Source of the DNA: the human T2T-CHM13v2.0 reference genome, Homo sapiens
Direction: 5' to 3' (one strand)
DNA length: 64,000 bases
NCBI RefSeq assembly: GCF_009914755.1
Contig: NC_060939.1
Part shown: one piece after another, positions 52,975 through 64,000 of the stretch
Numbering within the stretch: position 1 is the first letter of the stretch
Layout of the letters: every line of letters begins with the position of its first letter
Notes under the pieces: generated by a model
Seen by the model: the letters and a program-made list of their open reading frames with translations, nothing else
What the model was told of the DNA's origin: nothing
The model's database searches: none
Made by a program: the position numbers and the translations under genes

Positions 52975-54053
52975 TTATCATATAACACAGATTTTGGATA
53001 TGACGAGTGCTGAACTGAGGCTTTTCACTTGATATGCATTACAAATTAGAATTTTTCACTCACAAAACATGCTTATGACAGTTTTATATATGAATAGAAT
53101 TGTAAAAATTGCCTTAAGAGTTATTGAATAAAATGTTTAAAGTACCTCATAGGATGAGGAAAAAATGGAAGAGTTAACAAGGATACAGAGCATAAAAGAG
53201 AAGAATAAGAGTTCAAATAAAATCGAATGAAAAGACACCATCTTGTGTAACTCTGTAGTTAATTGTGCATGTGTGCTATTTTTCATGACTTGGAGCACGT
53301 TATTTTTGGCCAAGAGTTTCCATTCTATCTATGGATATGCCAGAAATTTCCTATTTTAGATCTTCTAGTCTCCAACTCTCAAGATAAAAAACAAAAATCA
53401 TTAAAACCTCTGACTCTGATATTGAATGCCTGCATAAAAATCTCCTCCCATCACCTTGCAACAGATGACTTGCTCATACACCTTTTTGACTACCACTCCC
53501 CATCAAGGGTTCTCTCCTTCGAGACTACAGTAATTCTCTTTGTATTTCATATTATGTGCAAACTTTACTTTCAAAGAGTTGTTACCTATATTAATGTACT
53601 TACATCATTCACCGAATATATTTTCTCTATCAGCAAAATTGGTTTAGATATCTTGGATTAGGATAGAACACGTCACAACTTCTCCCCCCTTTATGATCAG
53701 TTTTTTTTTTTTTTTAGTCGGACCGTTTTTCAGTTGGTGACTGTCAGAAATGAATTAAAGTTTTAAGAGAAGAATAGGTAAGGGTAAAGAGAAGGGTGTC
53801 CTTATGTATCAACTTTGCTTATTTAGTTTTTTCAAGTTCAACAAGACCCTCCTCTCCCTTCAAGGAAGATGATTCCTAGGCACGTTTGTTACTTCTATCA
53901 AAACAGCTGAGTTTTTTTTTTTTTTTTCATTCATGTTGTTAAAATACCAATAGTGGAGCGAAAAATGCTTCACCTGGGACTGTCCCCTGACAGGCAGTGC
54001 GACGAGGTCAGGCCCGCGCCCGCCGAGTCCTAGGGCCGCTGCCGCCGACGGCC

Positions 54054-54682
54054 ATGGAGGACGAGCAGCTCGACAGCCTGGAGGGCTGGGCGCCGGTCCG
54101 GCAAGGCCTCTTCGCCGATGCCGAGAGGCACCGGCTGCGCTTCCTGGTGGCGTGGAATGGCGCGGAGGGCAAGTTAGCTGTGACTTGTCACGACCTCACC
54201 GCGCAGCAGCCGCAGCGGCGCGAGGGGGCCCGGCTGGGGCTGGAGCCCAAACCCAAGGCCGCTGTGTCCCCGCCCAGCTGCCGTGTCCCCGCCCAGCTGC
54301 CGTGTTCCCGCCCAACTGGGCCGGCCGGTTCTCGGCCGCGGGGTTCCGCGGCGCGCGCTGGCAGCTAGCGGCGCTGTGGCCGCCTCTGGAACGCTGCTCC
54401 CCGCAGCTGGACGTGGGCGGCGGCGGGGCCTGGAGTCTGGGGCTCGGGCTGTGGGCGCTGCTCTGGCAGGCGCGCGCGGGCCCCGGCGAGGTGGCGCTGC
54501 AGGAGCTTTGCGGGCAGCTGGAGCGCTACCTGGGCGCGGCGGCCCACGGCTGCGGCGGCGCCACCGTGCGCCTCGCTGTTTTCGCGGCTAAAGGCCGCGC
54601 GGCTGACTGCGAGAGCCCGCGCGAGTTTCGAGAGCGGGCCCTGCGCGCCTGATGGGTCGAGGCGGACGCGCGGCTGCGTCAG
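54054..54682 (+). pseudogene. WHAMM pseudogene exon 1 (coding part)
   Basis: gccATGG Kozak at 54054. WHAMM-like peptide is split across ORFs 53997..54368 and 54152..54652 by a frameshift at 54261-54317. TGA at 54650-54652; donor CAG|gtaagc after 54682. Confidence 0.95.
54261..54317 (+). repeat. 19-bp tandem triplication inside exon 1
   Basis: gctgtgtccccgcccagct / gccgtgtccccgcccagct / gccgtgttcccgcccaact. Confidence 0.92.
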
Positions 54683-55603
54683 GTAAGCGAGGCCGGGCCG
54701 CCGGCGTTTGACCGCGCTTGGGTGGCCTGGGACCCTGTGGGAGGCTTCCCCGGCGCCGAGAGCCCTGGCTGACGGCTGATGGGGAGGAGCCGGCGGGCGG
54801 AGAAGGCCACGGGCTCCCCAGTACCCTCACCTGCGCGGGATCGCTGCGGGAAACCAGGGGGAGCTTCGGCAGGGCCTGCAGAGAGGACAAGCGAAGTTAA
54901 GAGCCTAGTGTACTTGCCGCTGGGAGCTGGGCTAGGCCCCCAACCTTTGCCCTGAAGATGCTGGCAGAGCAGGATGTTGTAACGGGAAATATCAGAAATA
55001 CTGCAAGCAAACTGAAAACAACCCATCCATGTAGGAAAGAATAACACGGACTACACGTAAGCAATTCCAAGTCTGTGTCTGCGGGGACGTCGCAAGTGGG
55101 ATAAAATGGTTTAAAGGAAGAAATGGCTTTTAGGAGTTAGGGTGTTTTGTTTTAAGTAATACAGACTTGGTCAAATGGAAAGCCGGTAGAAAGTGAGCTT
55201 TATTCATCAGTTTAACCGCATTAGTGCTCTTTTAAGCTTGAAAGAGGTAGTTTGAGAGAGTAATTGAGTGGTAAACTTACTGAACTTAGGGGACGGGGAA
55301 GTACATGTTCATAGAAGGGTTTAGGAGAAAGTATGCCTTCTAAATCCACACCCACGGTTTACTAAGCAGAGCCAGGCTGGAGTCTCGGCTCACTGCTCTT
55401 ATTAACCTGAATGATTTTTTTCTGTGCATTCTTTTGAGGAAGGGGAGGTGAAAAGAAGAATTCAGCCTAAGCTAAATATAGAATAAGCTTTCTAAATTAA
55501 AATGGTTTTATAAAAGGAGCTTGTTAGTGGGGTCATTTTTGTACTGTGAGCTTTATGTGTAAATGTCTACACACCCACTTAACATGTGTTGATTTCACTT
55601 TAG

Positions 55604-55707
55604 ACTATGAGGAAACCACAGGGGAGTTTCAGGCCAGTCAGCTTTTGATCTTCAACTTTATAACTTTCACCTTAGGATATGACGAGCCCACCGGAGTTTC
55701 AAAAATG
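55604..55707 (+). ncRNA. Candidate alternative non-coding exon in WHAMM intron 1
   Basis: Branch-like cttaac near 55578, ttcactttag|AC acceptor, ATG|gtatca donor; an upstream donor CAC|gtaagc follows 55056. Confidence 0.4.
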
Positions 55708-56572
55708 GTATCATTTTGTATCAGGCTTGTTTTTTACACTCTTGGTTTCTCACAGAGATAGGTGGTTTCTCCTTAAAATCGAACATTTATATGATGCATT
55801 TTACTGTAGTTACTATCAGAAAAGTTAGTTTTCCCAAATTTAAGTTCACTCTGGGGTACTATAGCGTGAATGTAGTTCATTCTGTTGAGCTAGTTGTTCA
55901 TGTTAGTGTAGTTCACATATTTATCTGGAACTCAAAAATGAGGGGTTGAGAGGGGAAGCTAAAATTCAAAACATGTCCAAATATATAATTTTAATATTTT
56001 ACTTTATATTTAAAATAGAAAAGCAATTGATTCTAGAATTAGACTAATTGCTAGCATTGCTAGCATATATAAAATGAAGCTGAATGTTTTAACTCTGGAA
56101 TTTTTCTGAATAGTCTAAGAAATAAGGCTGAAGTGTATCACTTGCCTTAAGTTTACTTTTGCGTGTGTGTTTTAATTTTGTTCAGTGGGGCTTTCACTTA
56201 AAAAAAAAACCATAATATTATTACCTGGATAAAAAATACAGCTGAAAGTAGATCACTTTATCTTTAAGCAGAAGGATGGAAATAGAAGAATTTTAAGAAT
56301 GTATTGGTTGAAAAACATCTATATTATTTTATTTTTATTTCTCTTCTTGTGGGAGTAAAATAATTTCCAACCACATCAGTCCACCTAGATTATACACTGT
56401 TCAGTTTGTTTTCTGCCCTGCAGCACAAGCAATAACCAGCAGAGACTGGAACCACAGCTGAGGCTCTGTAAATGAGTTGACTGCTAAGGACTTCATGGGG
56501 ATATTAACCTGGGGCATTAAGAGAATCAACATGCTAAAGTACTTGGAGACAGCTCTGTAATGTTTTATGAGG

Positions 56573-56872
56573 TTTTTTGTTTTTTTTTTTTGAGACAGAG
56601 TCTTGCACTGTCGCCCAGGCTGGAGTGCAGTGGCGCCATCTCGGCTCACTGCAAGCTCTGCCCCTCAGGTTCACCCCATTTTCCTGCCTCAGCCTCCCCA
56701 GTAGCTGGGACTGCAGGTGCCCTCCACCACGCCCAGCAAATTTTTTGTATTGTTAGTATACACAGGGTTTCACCGTGTTAGCCAGGATGGTCTCAATCTC
56801 CTGACCTCGTGATCTGCCTGCCGTGGCCTCCCAAAGTGCTGGGGTTACAGGTGTGAGCCACCATGCCTGGCC
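56573..56872 (-). mobile_element. AluY-like, WHAMM intron 1
   Basis: Alu dimer. Confidence 0.9.
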
Positions 56873-56988
56873 CTTAGGAGCTTTTAAAAAGGAATACAGC
56901 CTCACAAAACCTTCACAGTCAGAAAAGTCAAATGAAAAAATATCCACACCTCAAACCTTCTTTTGGGTCCTTTTCGCTGCATACTTAG

Positions 56989-57387
<399 letters not shown>

Positions 57388-57610
57388 TGACTACAGTAAT
57401 AATATTCTGCCATGGATATATCATAATTTACTTAACAATTCTTGTTTTATTGGGCATTTTTGATGGAGGATGATGACATTTTCATATTTAATCAATATTT
57501 TAAATTGATGTATTGAAAGTTGAGAACATGAAGGTTTCTTTTGTTTAGTTTTGTTTGTTGGGTATGTATTACACTGTCTGACTTGAGCTTTATTCACATT
57601 TGCTCTCTAG

Positions 57611-57784
57611 GTTATCCAAGGACATGGAAAAGCCAACACCATGGTAGCATTAATGAAAGTTTACCAAGAGGAAGATGAAGCCTACCAGGAATTAGTTACC
57701 ATGGCAACCATGTTTTTCCAGTACTTACTGCAGCCATTTAGGGCTATGCGAGAAGTTGCAACTTTATGTAAGCTTGATATTTTG
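57611..57784 (+). pseudogene. WHAMM pseudogene exon 2 (open, 174 nt)
   Basis: ctctctag|GTTATCCAAGG...GATATTTTG|gtattt; VIQGHGKANTMVALMKVYQEEDEAYQELVTMATMFFQYLLQPFRAMREVATLCKLDIL. Confidence 0.93.
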
Positions 57785-57899
57785 GTATTTTTTTTAATTT
57801 TTATTTTATCACATTTACTATTTGTCATATATTATTTTTTTATTTGCACTTAATGTTCAATCTCTGCACTTTGTTTGGGTTTACTTTTATGTTTCTTTA

Positions 57900-58025
57900 C
57901 TTATTTATTGATAGAGATGAGGTTTTGCCATGTTGCTCAAGCTGGTTTCTAACTCCTGAGCTCAAGCAGTCTGCCCACCTCGGCCTCCCAAAGCGTAGCA
58001 TTACAGGCGTCAGCCACTATGCCTA
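57900..58025 (-). mobile_element. FLAM-like Alu monomer, intron 2
   Basis: Single left arm. Confidence 0.75.
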
Positions 58026-58157
58026 GTTCACCCTCATGTTTAAATATTGAATTTATATTTAAAATTGATAGAAAATGAAGACATTTATGTTGGTCATCTT
58101 ACTAGCTTAAGATTCCTGCAGATTTTAAAGAGTTAAGAGTTTTTTTGTATCGATGCC

Positions 58158-58462
58158 TTTTTTTTTTTTTTTTTTTTTTTTGAGATAGGGTCTCTCTTTG
58201 TCAGCCAGGCTAGAGTGCAGTGGCACAATCTTGACTCACTGCAACCTCCTCCAGGTTCAAGTGACTCTTCTGCCTCAGCCTCCTGAGTAGCTGGGATTAC
58301 AGGTGTGCACTACCATGCCCAGCTAACTTTTTTTGTATTTTTAGTAGAGACGGGGTTTCACCATGTTGGCCAGGCTGGTCTCAAACTCCTGACCTCAAGT
58401 GAGCCACGCATCTCAGCCTCCCAAAGTGCTGGGATTACAAGCGTGAGCCACTGCGCCCAGCC
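58158..58462 (-). mobile_element. AluS, intron 2
   Basis: Alu dimer. Confidence 0.9.
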
Positions 58463-58877
58463 TGATGAATTGTTTTTGATGTGATATTTATTTGCTTCAG
58501 TTTGTTTTCCTCTAAGGACTCATCCAAATTTCTTAAAATAGGATGAAAATTTAAATAGCAGGACCCTAGATTGTAATTCAGTAACTTAAATTTTAGTAAA
58601 TGCTGTTATCGCTCTTGTTTCATTGAGCCATCAAACAACCGTGTGACCCCATTCAGAAAAGGCATTCTTATTCCAGTGTTACAAATGAATCTGGAGTCCA
58701 GAGTTGTTAAATATCTTACCTTGGGTCTCAACAACGGGAATCAGAAGACACCTAAGAGATCTCTTGATTTCTGCCCCCTGCACTGGGCCATCTTTCCACA
58801 TATAATCTCATGCCCCCTGCCAGATGATTGTACTATAAAAATAGTATCACATTTAGATGAAACTCATGCCACTCTAA

Positions 58878-59269
<392 letters not shown>

Positions 59270-59284
59270 CTATATTTTTCCTTT

Positions 59285-60115
59285 CTTTAAGTAACAGCTG
59301 TTTTAAGATACCATTCACAGATTATATATATATATATGTATATATTTATGAATATATGTATGTATATATATGTGTATATATGTGTGTATATGTGTATATA
59401 TGTGTATATGTATGTGTATGTGTATGTATATGTATGTGTATATATGTATATATAAAAGATGTACAATTCAGTGATTTTTAGTATATTGAAAGTTGCACAA
59501 TGGTCATTACTATGTAATTTCAGGACATTTTCACCTCCAAAAGAAACCCTGTACCCATTAGTCACTCCCAACCCTGGGCAACCACCAATCTACTTTCTGT
59601 CTCTGTGGATTTCCCTACTCTGGACATAGCAACAGCATTATTGAATATGTGGTCCTTTCACTCAGCACAGTGTTTGCAAGACTAATCCATGTTGTAGCAA
59701 ATACCAGGATTTCATTTCTTTTTATTGCTCAGTAATATTCATTGTATGGATATATTGCATTTTATTCATCAGTTGATGGACATTTGGGTTGTTTCCACTT
59801 TTTGGCTATCATGAATAATTCTGCTATGAATGTTTGTGTGTGAGTTTCTGTGTAGACATATCTTTTCATTGCTCTTGTGTACGTACTGAGGAGTAGGATT
59901 GCTGGGTCCTGTGATTACTCAATGTTTAACCTTTTGAAAGACGCCAGATGGTTTTCCAAAGTGGGTGCCTCATTTATATTCCCAAAAGCAGTAAATGAGG
60001 GTTCCAATTTGTCCACATTATCACCAACACTTGTAATTGTGTGTCTCTTTGGTTACAGCCATCCTAGTGGGTGTGAAGTGGTATCTCGTTATGGTTTTGA
60101 TTTGTAATTCCTTGT
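59285..60115 (-). mobile_element. L1MB-like fragment containing a (TA/TG)n compound microsatellite (59323-59453)
   Basis: ttcagtgatttttagtatatt...gatggacatttgggttgtttccac. Confidence 0.82.
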
Positions 60116-60184
60116 CGGCTAACTTGTACATATTTCTTATGCTTTGTAGAAGAAAAATTGCATATTGGATGACATAGCTGTACA

Positions 60185-60550
60185 TGTCTTAGTTCAGGCT
60201 GTTATAACAAAGTACCGTAGATTAGTGGCTTATAAACAACAAAACTTTTTTTCTCACAGTTCTGGAGGCTGGGTAGTCTAAGATCAAGGTGCTGGCAGAT
60301 CCAGTGTCTTGTGAGGGCCAGTTTCTTAATTTGTAGATGACTGTCTTGCTGTGTCTTCACATGGTGAAGAGCAGAGAGAGAGATCCTGTGTCTCCTCTTC
60401 TTTTTATAAGGGCATTAATCCCATTCTTGAGGGCTGCACCCTCATGACCTAATTACCTCCCAAAGGCCCCATCTTCAAATACCATCACACTGGGGATTTA
60501 GGCTTCAACATATGCATTTTGGGGGGACCCAAACATTCAGTCCAATACCA
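60185..60550 (-). mobile_element. MLT1A-like LTR
   Basis: tgtcttagttcaggctg...ctcacagttctggaggctggg. Confidence 0.82.
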
Positions 60551-61014
60551 GTGCATGTTATAAGCATGAATATACAGATACTGTCTTTTAGGTGATTATA
60601 TTACATATCCCTAAAAGAAACGATAACAACAGCTAACACTTAAGTGCTGTGTTCCAGGCCCTATGCTGAGTGCTTGACAACACAGATCACTCATTTAAAC
60701 AATTGTGTATTATTATTAATAGAGAGAAGCATAAGTTGACAACATTCCTCTCTAGAAAAAGTTATTCTAGGCATGTGAAGTGAAAGTAGGTTTTTTTTTC
60801 CCCTTTATGCCCCAGAGTGTCCTTTTGTCTTCCAGGTGGTGCTCAGCTTAGAGCCTTATTCATATGCAGTAAGGGACTGCTGAATGAATGAAAATTTAAC
60901 TGACTGAGTAGTACTGTAGTTAAATTAATCCATGTGACCAATTTCCTTTCAATTTCCTAATGGGTCAACATAACTATTAGCTCTTAGTAAGATAATTTTC
61001 TCTTCTGTCTGTAG

Positions 61015-61170
61015 AATTCCTTGGATGAGGATGACGTAGGTCCTACGTCTCCAGGATAGTTGCCCTGGAGAAAGAAGCTGAAGAATGGACCAGACGGGCT
61101 GAAGAAGCTGTTGTCTCTATTCAAGATATCACAGTGAATTATTTTAATTAGACAGTAAAAGCATTAGCAG
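61015..61170 (+). pseudogene. WHAMM pseudogene exon 3 (frameshifted, stop codons)
   Basis: ctgtctgtag|AATTCC...TTAGCAG|gtgata. Entry frame reads NSLDEDDVGPTSPG* (TAG 61057-61059). Shifted frame reads RIVALEKEAEEWTRRAEEAVVSIQDITVNYFN*TVKALA (TAG 61149-61151). Confidence 0.92.
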
Positions 61171-61209
61171 GTGATAATCTAAAAAATGCTTTACGCAGAT
61201 ACGTGTAAT

Positions 61210-61730
61210 TGATTGTCATTTTATTCATATACCATTTGAGTCCCTCTTACGCACTAGGCACTGTGTTTTCTGGGTGGCAAGAATTCAGTGTCAAGCATTA
61301 AGAGACATTGTACAGTCTGGTGAAGGGAGAGAAATCTTAATTATCTATTCACTGAAGCACATGGAAAATGGCAGTGACAATAAATGGCACAAAGAAGAGA
61401 GACATCGGGCTCTGAGGGTCTGTGAGAGAGAAATTGGGCTTGATCAGGGTGGTCGCTGAAGGCCTCTGAGAAGTGGTGCTTGCCCCAGTAGCTGAAGGGT
61501 AAACGGAAGTTGAGAGAATAGAAAAAGTGAGGAGTGTTCCGGGCAGAAGGAATAGCACTGGTAAAGGTCCCCTGGCTTGAGGGAAGTTGGCAAATAGGAG
61601 CTTACAGAAAACCTGCAGGGCTGGATCACACAGAGTGCAGGACAGTGTGGCACGAGGGAGAATGCTGGCAAGACAGGCAGGGATCAGACCGTGCAGGGGC
61701 TTGCGGGCTGGGTGAAGGACTTTTTTTCAG
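61210..61730. mobile_element. L2-like relic
   Basis: catttgag...aggcactgtg and gtgttccgggcagaaggaatagc L2 motifs. Confidence 0.6.
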
Positions 61731-61749
61731 TCTTAAATAATTGTTAATA

Positions 61750-62120
61750 AAAACACCAAATAGGAAACAACTTAATGTCTGTCAGTTTGTTAAGTTATGG
61801 TACATTCATAAAAGAGAAAACTACATAGCTATTAAGCATGATTCTTGATTTTTTTTATAAATGGCAAGAGTGTCTGATATATTGTGCAGAATCAACAAGA
61901 TATAAAGCAGAATGATAATCCTGGTTTTTTGGTCAAACTATCCATATGAGCCTGTCTGTCTAGCTAGACATAGAAACAATATGGAAGCAAGTGTGCCAAA
62001 ATATAAGAAGCAGTTGCCTCAACTAGGTGAGATCATGACTTATTATTGTCCTTTTAAAAATTGAATACCTAAAATTGTATATTAATGACCATGTATTATT
62101 TTTATAATAATAAAAAAGTT
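61750..62120 (+). mobile_element. Old L1ME-like 3' fragment (hosts candidate exon 61912-62026)
   Basis: ggaaacaacttaatgtc...taagttatggtacattcata...ctacatagctatta motifs. Confidence 0.55.
61912..62026 (+). CDS. Candidate alternative first coding exon of a WHAMM-like-1 (WHAMML1-type) short protein, in frame with exons 4-5
   Basis: ATG at 61912, 38 open codons (MIILVFWSNYPYEPVCLARHRNNMEASVPKYKKQLPQL) plus G, then donor TAG|gtgaga. Phase 1 matches the exon 4 acceptor (G|GA ATG). Confidence 0.55.
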
Positions 62121-62251
62121 AATAAAACAAAATTTCTTTTAAAAAAGATGTTCTGCAGGTAGTATGGAAGCAATAAAAAAAGAATTAGCTCATGATCAAT
62201 GTTTCCCTTTTTAATGAGGTGTAATTATATTTTATTTTTATAATCCAACAG

Positions 62252-62421
62252 GAATGCAAAAAGAAATGGAACACGATGTGAAGAGATTTGGCCAGGCTGC
62301 CTGGGCCACAGCAATTCCCAGGTTGGAAAAACTTAAGCTAATGCTAGCTCAAGAGACTCTGCAACTCATGAGAGCGAAAGAATTGTATTTAAATCGCAAA
62401 AGAGCTGAAATTCAGGGAAAG
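62252..62421 (+). pseudogene. WHAMM pseudogene exon 4 (open, 170 nt)
   Basis: ccaacag|GAATGCAA...GGAAAG|gtaaga; MQKEMEHDVKRFGQAAWATAIPRLEKLKLMLAQETLQLMRAKELYLNRKRAEIQGK. Confidence 0.93.
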
Positions 62422-62425
62422 GTAA

Positions 62426-62777
<352 letters not shown>

Positions 62778-63356
62778 CCACTTTTATTTTTTAAAAAGTT
62801 TGTGTAAATAAGGGATACAAGTACTGTTTTGTTCCGTGGATATATTGTGTAGTGGTGAAGTTTGGGCTTTTAGTGTAATCTTCACCTGTATAATGTAATT
62901 GTACCCACTAAATATTTCTCATCCTCCCTCCCACCCTCTTACTCTTCTGAGTCTCCAGTGTCTATTATTCCACACTGTGTGTGTATACACACTACTTAGC
63001 TCCCACTTATAAGTGAGACCATGTGGTAAAGCACACTTTTATTTTTAGATAGCACTTTTCTTTCCAGGCATCGTTAAAGAGCTTCTTTTCTTCACTTATT
63101 CTAACACTATCTTCTATGGAAGGTTAGACATAAAGTTTTCCTTTAGTTAAGATGTTTCAAAATACCATATTATAGGATTTACTTTATAGTAACACCGAGC
63201 CCAGTATTGAAGTGGGTACTGTACTTGAATATCAATCCAGCAATGTTTTCAGTACAGCTTTAAAATAATCAAAGAGATACTTCACTGAAGGATCATAGAC
63301 ACTTAAGTTTTTTCCTATAATCTTATGACCTTAAAGCAGAAAACACTGTAACCACC

Positions 63357-63750
63357 TGTCTTAGTTGGGTAAGGCTGCTATAACAAGATTAAATATCACA
63401 GATTGGGTGGCTTCAACAACGGACATGTATTTCTCACAGTTCTGGAGGCTGGGAAGTCCAAGATGCCTGCAGATTCACTGGCCGGTGAGGATCCTCTTCC
63501 TGTCTGGTAGACAGCTGCCTTCTTAACTGAGTGCTCATATAGCCTTTCTTCTGTGTGTAAGTTTAGAGAGAAAGAAAGTGATCCCTGTCTTTCTCTTCTA
63601 ATGGCACTAATCCCATGATGGGGGTGCTATCCTTTTGACATAATCTGAACCTAATTACTTCCAAAGGACCCACCTCCAAATAACATCACATTGGGAGTTA
63701 GAGTGTCAACATATGAATTTTGTGGGGACACCAATATGCAATACATAATA
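63357..63750 (-). mobile_element. MLT1A/B-like LTR
   Basis: tgtcttagtt...ctcacagttctggaggctgggaagtccaaga. Confidence 0.8.
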
Positions 63751-63974
63751 ATACCTCATTGCCATTTATGTTTCTCAAAACCTAAATGTTTTTCTGTTTC
63801 AAGGATGAGATAAAATATTAGCATCACTAGATGAAATGAAAAAGTGTTTCTTTCCTATTTGCTTTTTTATATTTAGTATTGAACAAGGAATAGAAAATAG
63901 CTAGAATGCTTCTGAAGTTTGTTTTTAATATACTATTTATTTTAACTTATTTTTCTTTTTTCTATGAAAATAAG

Positions 63975-64000
63975 ATGGAAGATCTTCCAGAACAAGAAAA
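63975..64000 (+). pseudogene. WHAMM pseudogene exon 5 (start only)
   Basis: T-rich tract then taag|ATGGAAGATCTTCCAGAACAAGAAAA = MEDLPEQE, in frame with exon 4. Confidence 0.88.

Larger units (their letters stand above)
53990..54900. promoter_or_regulatory. CpG island over WHAMM pseudogene exon 1 and start of intron 1
   Basis: Very GC- and CpG-rich block contrasting with AT-rich flanks. Confidence 0.88.

Noticed and set aside
54365-55047. Minus-strand ORFs in the CpG island
   Set aside because: Expected by chance in GC-rich DNA; no recognisable homology

Overview
Primate (very probably human) genomic DNA, dense in Alu, L1, MaLR/ERV LTR and DNA-transposon relics, with no intact conventional protein-coding gene. 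The right end (54054-64000, + strand) holds exons 1-5 of an intron-containing (duplicated, not processed) WHAMM pseudogene. It is disabled by a 19-bp triplication frameshift, a palindromic frameshift and nonsense codons. An L1-derived intronic exon (61912-62026) nevertheless opens a clean reading frame into exons 4-5. The left 10 kb carries a chain of well-formed minus-strand exons with no long ORF, resembling a spliced lncRNA or long 5' leader. From recalled genome organisation this looks like a chromosome 15q11-q13 GOLGA8/WHAMMP segmental-duplication block; the exact paralogue cannot be fixed from sequence alone. The most unusual structure is a CpG-rich, 445-bp-period array of nested inverted Alus (9832-11288). 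It carries a strongly strand-biased A>G signature like ADAR-hyperedited RNA and has gained strong minus-strand splice donors. Repeat subfamily names and WHAMM comparisons were made by eye against remembered consensus sequences, and repeat boundaries are approximate.
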